IMG/VR virus record: IMGVR_UViG_3300028025_002044
Coordinates: 12,450 to 76,449 of that record
DNA: 64,000 nucleotides
Source of the DNA: a virus
Strand: one strand, 5' to 3'
Numbering within the stretch: position 1 is the first letter of the stretch; the number at the start of each line of letters is the position of its first letter. A program made the translations under genes and the position numbers. Below are positions 7,912 to 17,439 of this stretch, in pieces. The notes beneath the pieces are model-generated. The model did no database searches, was not told the DNA's origin, and saw only the letters and a list, made by a program, of their open reading frames with translations.

Positions 7912-10599
7912 TTAAATCTGAATCCAGATATCCCCGGTAGTACCGCTGCTAGGAGTGGTATTACTGACGTATATCTTTTTAGGAGCACTCTTGTCTGAAG
8001 TTAGGCCACCGGCTAGATAGTAAACCTGCTGACTGTCTTTAACATACTTAGTAGTGGCAGCATAAGTGTTAAACTCAACCTCAGGACTTTCTAATGAATT
8101 GTCTAGAGTCGGTTGCGGAATCATGACTTTAGTTCCGGTAGAAGTAAATTTGCCGGTAATACTCATATTTCCATAAAGATTTACTTCTAAAGACCTATTG
8201 TTTCTATTGCTAAAAATAATATTGTCTGCGCTAAGCCACGCTTGAGCGCCTTTATTTGTGTCAGTATCTTCATAAGAGTCTAGAGCTAGTGAAGCAGATT
8301 GAGTACTGACGTGTGCTCCGCTAGCATTGTAGTAAGCAATATCGCTGCTAATTTGATATGAAGTGTGCTTAGAGTTTAAAACCGCTACCGAATAGCTTTG
8401 TAAATTTGCATCATAATTAGGATAGTCTCCTGTAGTTATGTTAGAAGGTCTCACGTAGCTACCGCTGGATGAAAAGAAATAGCTAGCCGTAGAGTCTTGA
8501 TGAAGTTCTTGCCAAACCACCTGCTCGGTTTCGACTAAAGCAGTACTAAAAACTCCAGGGTTACTGTCTAGGTCTCCGCTAAAAGTAGGACTCTTAAACT
8601 CAATAATATCCGTGTACTTATAGTTGGCAGTCTGAGTCTCTAAATCTATGTTTACCCATTGCTTTGTAGATTGGACTGAAGGAGTGTTAGGTATAGCAGT
8701 AGAGTCATACCAAGAATATGCAGAAGACCCGGAGTTAGCAAAAAAGAATCTTTTTTCTGTAGACAATGCCACATTGTCCAATACTAAAGACCCGCTAGAC
8801 ACGTTTGCGTGAGTAGTTCCACCGACTTGAAAAGAAGTTACCTTGGCAGGGAATACAATTTTAAAATTGGATTGATTAGCAAGTCCGGTTGGATTAGCCT
8901 GTCTATACTTATCGTACAATTTTGCCAGACTAATAGTTATTTCTGCATTAAATCTTGTAGGAATGGTGGCCGCTCTATCTACAGACCCGAGAGCAGGAAG
9001 CTTAGAGCATAGAATCTGCTCATCTTCATAATCATTCACTATAGCTGCGTTTAACTCAGAGTTTGTCAAAGAAAAATATTTGTAGGTGTCGGAGAGAAGA
9101 GCCCACTCCGGAGTGGCAACATCGTCTATGTACACTGGAGAGCTAGAGTTTCCGAAATCTAAATAGATAGCCTTTGCGTTAAACTCTGGTATGTCGAGTT
9201 TTGCAACTCTGACTTGTTCACGGTCAGAAGTTCCTATGTAGTTTTGGGTTTCTCCGCTAGCCCTATTGAACGTATTGAGAATTCTAAAGACCGTGTTCGA
9301 CACAACCGAAGATACCTGAACTATTGCAGAGCCACCGCCAGGGAAAATTTGCTCCGGGGTATCGCTTCCAGCAGACCCAAAAAATGTCTCGTAAATATAA
9401 TCATTAGCAGTTAGCCCGTGAGCAGTGTTAGTAGTTACGGTAATCACACTGACGTTACTAATAACATTTTCCACATAACTGTCAACAAGCACCGAAGGTG
9501 CTTGATGGAATGGCGCAGAAAAAACATCAAAGTGTAGGTAAATAGTTGGGTCTGATGAGACCAAAGAATTTAGTAAAGAGTAGTTAACTTCTACAGAAAA
9601 ATTTGAGTTTGCTGGAATGCTAGTCCATCCAACTTCAAGACCGTACTCGCTATTATTTTCATACAAGCCGTGTACAGATGCATTTACGTTTGAAAATTGC
9701 ACAGCCTGGAATGTTACAATACTTGTAGTATTTACCCTGGCCCAGCTGCTAACAGAAGAAATCGTGTTGCCAGAAGAGTTAACGTACTCAAGGCTAGGAT
9801 TTAAAACTAAATTATACGTTTGAGCAGACACATAAGAAACGCCTTCATTTGAGAAATATCCATAATCAAATAAAGTTTTACCGTAATCTTGTAGGTATAT
9901 GCCAGAAACATCTTTGTTACTTAGCGATGCAGTTCCAGTGTAATCTTGCCCGGTCACCTCCGGAACGTCGTCTCCAAAACTTATATATCTAAAATAGTTG
10001 TACCCTACCTCAATAATTTCAGCAGTTGAGCTTCCTGTAGATAGAGTAGTATCCGACGGAAGATCTACAGATACCAAGTCTCCCACTTTAAATCTATGTC
10101 CAGTAGATATAGCAGTGACCACATTTTCCAAACGAGAGATACTCACAATTGGTACAGGCAAATCAATGTAAGATTTGTAGAGACCGACATAAGTACCGGA
10201 TTCTTTATCCTTGTCGTTAGAGCCCAAGTCCGAACTTTCTAAGAATGTTCCGTACAAATCCCTATTGCCAATTTTTCTGATTACATCTGGGCTGCTGATG
10301 TTCCAGTAGCCAATAGTTCCAGAAGAAGCGTTTATATCTCCTCGAACAAAAACGTCCGAGAACTCAGCTACACCGCTGCCATCAATTTTCCAGCCGGCAA
10401 TACCCTCGACATAAGAAGCACTTTCAATTGACTTGTTATCAAGTACAAGAGCATCGCCAAGCGCATTAGACTCTACAGACTGGGTACCCAATGTAGTAGG
10501 AGTGGTGGTTGTGTTATTTTTCAGGTCTTGCATGTCCTGATTTAGGGCAGCAAGATATGAGCTAAAACTTTTAGTTCTTCTTAAACGTTTACTCGCCAA
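7912..10599 (-). CDS. minor tail protein / tail-tip receptor-binding protein
   Basis: YVEGIAGWKIDGSGVAEFSDVFVRGDINASSGTIG tail-fibre motif; two H-x-[FL]-x-x-[GN]-D beta modules; C-terminal PSSGTTGDIWIQI. Confidence 0.75.
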   Translation of the reverse strand: MASKRLRRTKSFSSYLAALNQDMQDLKNNTTTTPTTLGTQSVESNALGDALVLDNKSIESASYVEGIAGWKIDGSGVAEFSDVFVRGDINASSGTIGYWNISSPDVIRKIGNRDLYGTFLESSDLGSNDKDKESGTYVGLYKSYIDLPVPIVSISRLENVVTAISTGHRFKVGDLVSVDLPSDTTLSTGSSTAEIIEVGYNYFRYISFGDDVPEVTGQDYTGTASLSNKDVSGIYLQDYGKTLFDYGYFSNEGVSYVSAQTYNLVLNPSLEYVNSSGNTISSVSSWARVNTTSIVTFQAVQFSNVNASVHGLYENNSEYGLEVGWTSIPANSNFSVEVNYSLLNSLVSSDPTIYLHFDVFSAPFHQAPSVLVDSYVENVISNVSVITVTTNTAHGLTANDYIYETFFGSAGSDTPEQIFPGGGSAIVQVSSVVSNTVFRILNTFNRASGETQNYIGTSDREQVRVAKLDIPEFNAKAIYLDFGNSSSPVYIDDVATPEWALLSDTYKYFSLTNSELNAAIVNDYEDEQILCSKLPALGSVDRAATIPTRFNAEITISLAKLYDKYRQANPTGLANQSNFKIVFPAKVTSFQVGGTTHANVSSGSLVLDNVALSTEKRFFFANSGSSAYSWYDSTAIPNTPSVQSTKQWVNIDLETQTANYKYTDIIEFKSPTFSGDLDSNPGVFSTALVETEQVVWQELHQDSTASYFFSSSGSYVRPSNITTGDYPNYDANLQSYSVAVLNSKHTSYQISSDIAYYNASGAHVSTQSASLALDSYEDTDTNKGAQAWLSADNIIFSNRNNRSLEVNLYGNMSITGKFTSTGTKVMIPQPTLDNSLESPEVEFNTYAATTKYVKDSQQVYYLAGGLTSDKSAPKKIYVSNTTPSSGTTGDIWIQI

Positions 10600-13500
10600 C
10601 TTTGTCGACCTGCCAATCTGTGACTAGAGTTAAGTCTACCTGCTCAGGGAAAGCCGGATTATTAGGAACGGACACCGAAATCGTATCAATCTTTCTAACA
10701 ATGACATTTTTTCTAAGCTCTAAAGCACTGGCCAAGCGAGACTTAACAAAGGCGTCGTTAATATTTAGCGAACACCAGTCTCCAGGGTTAAACGTACCAA
10801 CGGTAGGGTTCATCGAACCGTTGACCGAAATTGTAAAGTCACCAATAGGAGGTTTGCTTTCGTACAAGAATCGCTTAGCAGTTTTGTAGAGGTCAATTTC
10901 AATGTCGTAGTTTCCCCAGTTGTCAACATTGATGGCACCTTCTTTAGTCAATAGCGGCCAAGATTGATTCTCTGCTCGGTCCAGCACAGGCCATCCAGCA
11001 GCAAGAAGGTCGGTTGCCGAAGCCGCGGAATATCTTACGTTACCCTCCCCAGCGTCGCCATTAGAGCTTCCTGTAATAAATACACGAGTAGCCGAAGACT
11101 CGGAGTTTTCAGCAACACTGACGTTAGAGATATTTCCCGGGTATTCGAAGACAATTTTGTCTGCGCCAAATGCTACAGGGTCAGCCACCTGACCTGGAGC
11201 TAGACCTAAACCAACTTCTAATGTCAACGGGTCTTGCCTAGAGTAGTTTAGGTTTTCTAAATATTCAGTAAACGTAGCCGGCAAGATAGGAACTAAAGTA
11301 AAAATTCTTTTGAATCTATAGTTATTAGTTGTAGAGTCTCTCTCTAGCCTGCAATCAATACGATAATCAAACCCATTGATAGAGCTAGAGTATTGCTCCA
11401 AAAGACCGCCCAGATTTACAAGCTGACTTCCTCGGATAATTTGGCTTGCTTGTTTGTATGTGCTGTAGTTATCTGTAGAAAATTCCATACCGCCCATGTC
11501 AGCGTTTCTAGGGAATCCTCCATAAGATTTTTTAAAGGCTATAGCTTGCTTAGAAGCAGTAGGGGCTACAGTTACGGTCCCACCATTAGCTCCCACAGCG
11601 GACTCACCGCCGGTTGCAAACTCGACCGACCCGTACTGAGATAAAGTCAGTGGGAGGCGTCTATCTGCCAGACCGGTGGTCTCTATTACAATTTTGTCAG
11701 CAGAAGCACTGAGCACAGCAAACGAATTCCCATTAAAAGCAGTGCCATAGACTCCACTAGGAAAATCGCTCAGAGCGACTGTATCACCGGAAGCAAACCT
11801 ATGCGGTTGATTGTAGGCAGTATACAAGGTAGCTTTATTTTTAGATACACTAACTCTGTCAATGTTGGTTACAGGGTAGAAATCATAAGTAAATGTGTCT
11901 GCAGTTGCGTCTAAAATTACTACAGGTCTGTTGCCTTGATTAAACACCGAGCTAGTTCCGCCATAAGCGTTTATGTAGACAATATCGTTATCCTCCAGGC
12001 CGTGTCCAGGAGCCGTTACCGCCGCTGATGAACCACCAGGAAGTCTAGAGATAGAGGTTATACGCTTTATATTTGCAGGAGATAGCCTACGATAATCTCT
12101 GTAGGCCAACATTCCCGTAACATCAACAAACTTATTAACCACTGCTGCACTAAGCTCATCTACAGATAACTGCTTATTAACAGAATAACCTCCATACCCA
12201 GTAGCTGCTCTAGACAACGGATTAGAAATAGTAAATGTTGTTTCGGTAACAGACAATACTCGATGAGTGGTGTTTACCATGCTTAGGGGTATATAAGATC
12301 CATAGTTGCTGTCGTAATATCCACTCAGTCCAGATATGGACACCGAGTCACCTGCCACAAAACCGTGAGGAGTGGTATTCGCTATAGATTTTATCTTACC
12401 AGCAAAGGTTACGGTTCCAGTCCCCGGGCTGCCGCTCAACTGCTCCTTAGCCGTGTTTAGTGCGCTAGCTTGGACATAAAATTTAGCTGGTAGAGACGAA
12501 CCTAGAGTGTCAAAAACGGTATAGCTACCATTTAAAAGAGCGTAGTTTGGAGTTAGCTGAGGGGCTATGCCGGTAAAAGCAGGGATAGATACGGAACCAC
12601 TAGCTACGTCTCCTGTCGCTACATACCAATCAGATATAGAGCTTCCATTAGTGGCCTGTACTGTTAGGCTTGTGCCACTAGGTATGTCTATTATTCTGTA
12701 CGATCTGTTGTAGATACTTAGATTCATTTTTTGTGGTCTAAGCCTAGTTACGGTTGCATACGCAAAAGTACTTTTAGTGGGCTGATTAGGAGCTGTCCTA
12801 CTGTATCTAAATGACGTGACCGTTGGGATGGCAGTAATAGTGTATGTTCCATTATACGGATAGACTCCATCTATGACCACAACGTCGCCAGCCACAAACC
12901 CATGAGGTTCGCTAGTGTACGCAGTCACCGCATTTCCGGACACAAAACCTTTAACAACAGCCTGCTGAATTACAGTTGACCACACGCTTCTACGCAAAAC
13001 TGGAGGGAATATTTGAGTGTCATAGTAGGTCCAGTCATTTGAAGAAGATAATCCACTAACGGTAATTAGAGTGTTCCAGTATTTATCTATGTCAGCGGCG
13101 TTAAGACCGTGGCTGCCGGATAGAGAAAATGTCAGTGTATCAACGCCTCCGGCACTACCCTGCTGAATGCTGGTTATGGTCCTAGTTTTTGCAGAAATAG
13201 TTGCGGGCGATCCGTAAGTAGCAGCCGGGAGAGCCGAAATAGTGACGTTCTCACCAATTTCTGTATTGTGTGATGCATTTACGGTAATTAGAGCTAAGCT
13301 TAAAGTACCGAGTGAATTCTCGACGTTAGTGATGTTTAAAGTTCTCGGGGCGATGGATACATTAGCAATCCCCCCGGTGGTAATTGTCATCTGACTTCCG
13401 TCATCAGATGTGGCAATAGACCTAATGTTTGCAGCTTTTATCGGGGCAACTTTTCCTAAGGAAATGTATTGAAAAGTATAATCGTCAATCACCGAAACAA

Positions 13501-15892
13501 TTTGAACGGGCTCTCCATTATTAATTAAAGAATTATTTGCAGCATTCGGAGCGGATATGACAATGAAGTCGCCTTCAACAAAGGGGTGAGCCAGGTCTGT
13601 AACTGCCTCGAGTAAGTTTCCTGCCTTAGTTTGTATATCTTTAATTCCGACTGACTCTATTTTAGGCGGGGTAAGTAGAGCACTTTTTCTAGTTAAAGTT
13701 CCAGTTTTAGCGGTCCTAGCTATGGTAGAAATCGCACTGCCAGAAGGTATGTTGAAGGATACGCTATTGCTTTTTCCGTCATCGTCTGCGCCAACTGCAA
13801 TTACGGTTCTAGTGCCATTAAAGTTTTTACCGGTAGCCTCGTCAGAAAAAGAAATTCCTATGCCATCGCCAATATTGTATCTATGAGTGTCTACAGTCCA
13901 GACAGTTAATTTTCCGTACTTATCTGCCTTCGATGGCTTAATGTATTTTATGGCCTCGATGCCGTTGACAGCGTATGGCTCCGGGCTAACGCTAGTCGCA
14001 CTGCTGTATGCAGCTTGATACTGGAACCACTTGGTTCCATTAACCCTAGCTGTAGCACCATCCGGGGCATCCACTATAGATGAGCTGGTAGAAAGATAAG
14101 GAACGATAAACTCAGCTTTCCAGGGCGCAAATGGCTGACCGGACTGAATGCCTCCAGTAGTTTGCCAAACTTGATTGTCAAATCGGGGGTCTAGTCCGCT
14201 AATCAGAACATCAGCTAAAGGCTCAATGGTTGATATCCCGGGGTCCTCATCAGTGTCTGGCATTAGAGGAAAGAATAACTCGAGCAAGCCAAATTCTTCG
14301 TCTAAACTATTGGTAAGGCGGTAGCCAGAAATTTCGTTTGGGCTTCCATAGTTAGACTCGTCTACTTTTACATATCCGTTATATAAAGGTTGACGCCAAT
14401 CCAAATCATCTACACCAGAAACTTTAATGTAGTCGCCCCTACTAAAACCTAAATCATTTAGAGGCGTTAGGCGCAGTTTAGTCTCGGGGGTTGCCATCTT
14501 TACATTTGTAATTTTTTTGTCAGCCGCTGGAACGTTAGACGAGATGTTGTATTTAGCATCGTTGTATTTAGTCTCAAGCTCGTTAAAAGTGAGGCTGTTG
14601 TTGGTCATGTCAACGCTAGTAATAGTAAAGCCAGTCTCCGCTCCGTAGTTAAACAGGTCAGTTTCTTTGCCGTCAATAATCTTTTTCCACGGAGCTTTTT
14701 TAGGGATAGTAATAATAACTTTTTGGCTTTTAACGTAGTTGTGCGGAGCGTCTAGAAATAGAGTAACAACTCCCAAAGTTCTAGTAATTCTCTTAATCGA
14801 CCTAGTCATATTAAAGATTTTTTCTCGGCGTTGAATTAGAGTTTTAGCAGAAGTTACGTCAGTTGTGGGAATATCAGCCAGAGTGAGTTTAGTTTTTTTG
14901 TCATATGAGCTTACGGGATTGTCTAAGGTGATTCTAAACGACCTCTTGCTAGGCACCTCTGATACCACATGCTCACCGTCTAGCAAAGTGTCAACGTTTG
15001 TTATTGTAACTTCTTCGCCCACAATTAGCTCATGGTTAGCCGCTGTAGTGAAAGTTGCAACACCGTGAGTGCTGTCTGTAGTGTCTAGCTTTTTAGTCTC
15101 AATTTTTATAGGAATCTTTACGCCAGGTTCAATAATTTCATTGGCAAAGTCAATTTCAGAAAAGTCAGAAAATGCTTCAGTTATAAGACTTCTAATGTAC
15201 TCATAGGTATCGGCCTTGGTTGTAATAGAAACTTCGTAGTATGTTTTGTTGGTGTTAGTTGCCTGAGGCATTGTGGGAATTCTGACATAAAATGATGAAG
15301 TGGTAGGGTCTTCAGGAACTCCCTGAGTTCCGGTGCCTAGGACCTCGTAGTAGCCGTTGTACTGATACATGGCAGCGTCGGGCATAGTGACGTAAACAGT
15401 GTTTCTGACTCCAGCACCGTCTAGCACGTCCAAAGGCTCACGCAAACTTCCAGAAGTTAGAGACACTTTGAACACTCCCTCGGGAGCATTAGGAGTACTA
15501 CTCAGGTTTGCACTAAAGCTTCTGGTATTAGTTTTCCAGATTAGCCTGCGAGAAAGGTAGCTAGTGAACTCCGAAGCCGAGACGGAAAGGCTTCGACCCA
15601 GCATGTCATAAGTTCTACCCCAAATAATACCGCCCCAGACGCACTCGTCATTACGGACTACGTAGAGCGCAGTCTTTCCAGGCATAGTCGAGTTATATAA
15701 ATCTAGATTTTCTGTCTCTTGAGACGTAGTAATTTTTCCATCAAAAGCTCCGGCGGATTTTAAAGAGCGAGAGTAGTTAACGTCCTCGAAAGGAATTTCT
15801 CCGATGATCGTGTTAGACACGATGTCAACGGTATAATACTTATACTTGGCAGCGTTTTCGCCAGCTATAGGCTGAATATTGCTATAGGCCAT
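10589..15892 (-). CDS. large minor tail (hub/Tal-position) protein with about 11-12 inserted beta modules
   Basis: N-terminal PGKTALYVVRNDECVWGGIIW and C-terminal FEYPGNI...FNPGDWC segments are typical of actinophage minor tail proteins. It follows Dit and has many T-x-x-x-H-G-F-x-x-G-D-x-V repeats in between. Confidence 0.8.
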   Translation of the reverse strand: MAYSNIQPIAGENAAKYKYYTVDIVSNTIIGEIPFEDVNYSRSLKSAGAFDGKITTSQETENLDLYNSTMPGKTALYVVRNDECVWGGIIWGRTYDMLGRSLSVSASEFTSYLSRRLIWKTNTRSFSANLSSTPNAPEGVFKVSLTSGSLREPLDVLDGAGVRNTVYVTMPDAAMYQYNGYYEVLGTGTQGVPEDPTTSSFYVRIPTMPQATNTNKTYYEVSITTKADTYEYIRSLITEAFSDFSEIDFANEIIEPGVKIPIKIETKKLDTTDSTHGVATFTTAANHELIVGEEVTITNVDTLLDGEHVVSEVPSKRSFRITLDNPVSSYDKKTKLTLADIPTTDVTSAKTLIQRREKIFNMTRSIKRITRTLGVVTLFLDAPHNYVKSQKVIITIPKKAPWKKIIDGKETDLFNYGAETGFTITSVDMTNNSLTFNELETKYNDAKYNISSNVPAADKKITNVKMATPETKLRLTPLNDLGFSRGDYIKVSGVDDLDWRQPLYNGYVKVDESNYGSPNEISGYRLTNSLDEEFGLLELFFPLMPDTDEDPGISTIEPLADVLISGLDPRFDNQVWQTTGGIQSGQPFAPWKAEFIVPYLSTSSSIVDAPDGATARVNGTKWFQYQAAYSSATSVSPEPYAVNGIEAIKYIKPSKADKYGKLTVWTVDTHRYNIGDGIGISFSDEATGKNFNGTRTVIAVGADDDGKSNSVSFNIPSGSAISTIARTAKTGTLTRKSALLTPPKIESVGIKDIQTKAGNLLEAVTDLAHPFVEGDFIVISAPNAANNSLINNGEPVQIVSVIDDYTFQYISLGKVAPIKAANIRSIATSDDGSQMTITTGGIANVSIAPRTLNITNVENSLGTLSLALITVNASHNTEIGENVTISALPAATYGSPATISAKTRTITSIQQGSAGGVDTLTFSLSGSHGLNAADIDKYWNTLITVSGLSSSNDWTYYDTQIFPPVLRRSVWSTVIQQAVVKGFVSGNAVTAYTSEPHGFVAGDVVVIDGVYPYNGTYTITAIPTVTSFRYSRTAPNQPTKSTFAYATVTRLRPQKMNLSIYNRSYRIIDIPSGTSLTVQATNGSSISDWYVATGDVASGSVSIPAFTGIAPQLTPNYALLNGSYTVFDTLGSSLPAKFYVQASALNTAKEQLSGSPGTGTVTFAGKIKSIANTTPHGFVAGDSVSISGLSGYYDSNYGSYIPLSMVNTTHRVLSVTETTFTISNPLSRAATGYGGYSVNKQLSVDELSAAVVNKFVDVTGMLAYRDYRRLSPANIKRITSISRLPGGSSAAVTAPGHGLEDNDIVYINAYGGTSSVFNQGNRPVVILDATADTFTYDFYPVTNIDRVSVSKNKATLYTAYNQPHRFASGDTVALSDFPSGVYGTAFNGNSFAVLSASADKIVIETTGLADRRLPLTLSQYGSVEFATGGESAVGANGGTVTVAPTASKQAIAFKKSYGGFPRNADMGGMEFSTDNYSTYKQASQIIRGSQLVNLGGLLEQYSSSINGFDYRIDCRLERDSTTNNYRFKRIFTLVPILPATFTEYLENLNYSRQDPLTLEVGLGLAPGQVADPVAFGADKIVFEYPGNISNVSVAENSESSATRVFITGSSNGDAGEGNVRYSAASATDLLAAGWPVLDRAENQSWPLLTKEGAINVDNWGNYDIEIDLYKTAKRFLYESKPPIGDFTISVNGSMNPTVGTFNPGDWCSLNINDAFVKSRLASALELRKNVIVRKIDTISVSVPNNPAFPEQVDLTLVTDWQVDKVGE

Positions 15893-15924
15893 GTCATCCT
15901 CACGTCAATCGTCTTTGTACTATT

Positions 15925-17430
15925 CTAACCTATCCAGCCGGATCTGTATTTCAGATTGACGGTGGGGGTAGCGTTACCGCTTTTTGCAATTACAATTTGA
16001 GTGGTCCCAGGTTGCAACTTAATCCAGTCCACGTTTGCATCTAGGGTAGACCTAGACCCGTCTGGCAAGCCTCTATATAGAACAGACGTGTTGTAGGTGT
16101 CTATCTCTAGAGTATCTACAGTAGTGAGCGTAACGGCTCCATTAGAAGTGTAAGCCTCCTGGTCAATTTGCAGAGATAGAGTTCCTCCGTAAGATGTAAG
16201 GTTTGCCAGCCCGGTTGTCGGGAACGAGATAGTATTGGAGCTAACCGATGTGGCAGTGTGGATGCCAGTGAGAATTAAATTGCTGGTACCCTCTACATAG
16301 ACGTCAGCAGAGCCTGATATGCCGTGGGCGGCAGAGGTCACAACGGTAGCGACGTTGTTGGCTACGGTAATTGATACTATGCTGGCGGCATTTTTTGCGT
16401 AGCTAATTGAAGTAGTCGAGGTCGACGTAATGGTAACGTTGTTTGAATTGAACCTAGTGTCTATGCCCGTAACATTGACTACGTCGCCAACATAGAAGCC
16501 GTGGTTAGTAATTCCCAGGGTGGCAACGCCACCGGACAGTTCCAACGTGCTAATAGGAGTAGCGGCATTTGTAGTGCTATACCCAGAAGCTCTCAGGGTT
16601 CTAATTATTTTTATGGTCTGTACGGTGCTGTCAGGTCTAGTGGCAGTGATAGTTGCCGGAGCTGTCATAGGGCCGGTAATCTTAAAAAAGGTGGTGACAT
16701 CGGTATTCCCGCGATTGACGACGTTGGCAATAGAAGTGCCGTCTGTAGGTATTACAGAGACGGTATTGGCACCGACGGTGAACTTTTTGGTGTAGCCAAG
16801 CTTGCTAGTGAACTCGTTTATTTTACCGTCGGTTCTGGCAATTTCTATAGATACAGGCCAGGTAGTGTAGTTGTCGTTGGTGTCGTCGTACCAGTCGTAT
16901 TTAATAGGGTCGACAGCCTTAAACTGGGCAGTGAAGTTTTGACGACCGCGGGCCTTTACGCTTTCAAACGTAGGCTGACCAGTTAGACGAATATACATAG
17001 CCTTAACGGGAGTTTCCCTGACAACTAGCCAACCGCCGCCGTACACAAGGTCAAACGACTCCATAACCTTTTGACGAGCAGCGGCAGCCAGGTTTGGGCT
17101 TGGAGGAATGATAGAACCTTTGAACGTAAGGGTTTTGGCTGTCCAGCGACCACGGACGTCATATGAACCGTTGTCCAAACCACGCGGAATATCTGGCACT
17201 TCAGGAGCAGGCATGTCCCACCAGCCGGTAATGTCAGTGCAAATGAATAGCGTACCGTTTGCGTCAACGGTGTTGAAGACTAGACGCTTGATAGTGTCGT
17301 CAGGCATTACCTTGATAAACTCGATGTCTGCATTGAGCTGCATACCTTCGACGTGAGGGTAGGGCGTAGGACGTAACGCGGAATCGACTAAGTCGTTTTC
17401 ATCTGCTTGAAGTGCTGGGTCTATTGTCAT
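15925..17430 (-). CDS. distal tail protein (Dit-like) with inserted beta modules
   Basis: Immediately downstream of the tape measure; ITGWWDMP, FKAVDPIKY, NRGNTD...ITGP and WIKLQPG...YRSGW motifs. Confidence 0.8.
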   Translation of the reverse strand: MTIDPALQADENDLVDSALRPTPYPHVEGMQLNADIEFIKVMPDDTIKRLVFNTVDANGTLFICTDITGWWDMPAPEVPDIPRGLDNGSYDVRGRWTAKTLTFKGSIIPPSPNLAAAARQKVMESFDLVYGGGWLVVRETPVKAMYIRLTGQPTFESVKARGRQNFTAQFKAVDPIKYDWYDDTNDNYTTWPVSIEIARTDGKINEFTSKLGYTKKFTVGANTVSVIPTDGTSIANVVNRGNTDVTTFFKITGPMTAPATITATRPDSTVQTIKIIRTLRASGYSTTNAATPISTLELSGGVATLGITNHGFYVGDVVNVTGIDTRFNSNNVTITSTSTTSISYAKNAASIVSITVANNVATVVTSAAHGISGSADVYVEGTSNLILTGIHTATSVSSNTISFPTTGLANLTSYGGTLSLQIDQEAYTSNGAVTLTTVDTLEIDTYNTSVLYRGLPDGSRSTLDANVDWIKLQPGTTQIVIAKSGNATPTVNLKYRSGWIG

Positions 17431-17439
17431 AATGTATTA

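Noticed and set aside
5831-15892. Diversity-generating retroelement acting on tail adhesins
   Set aside because: No reverse transcriptase and no near-identical template/variable repeat pair seen in this window.
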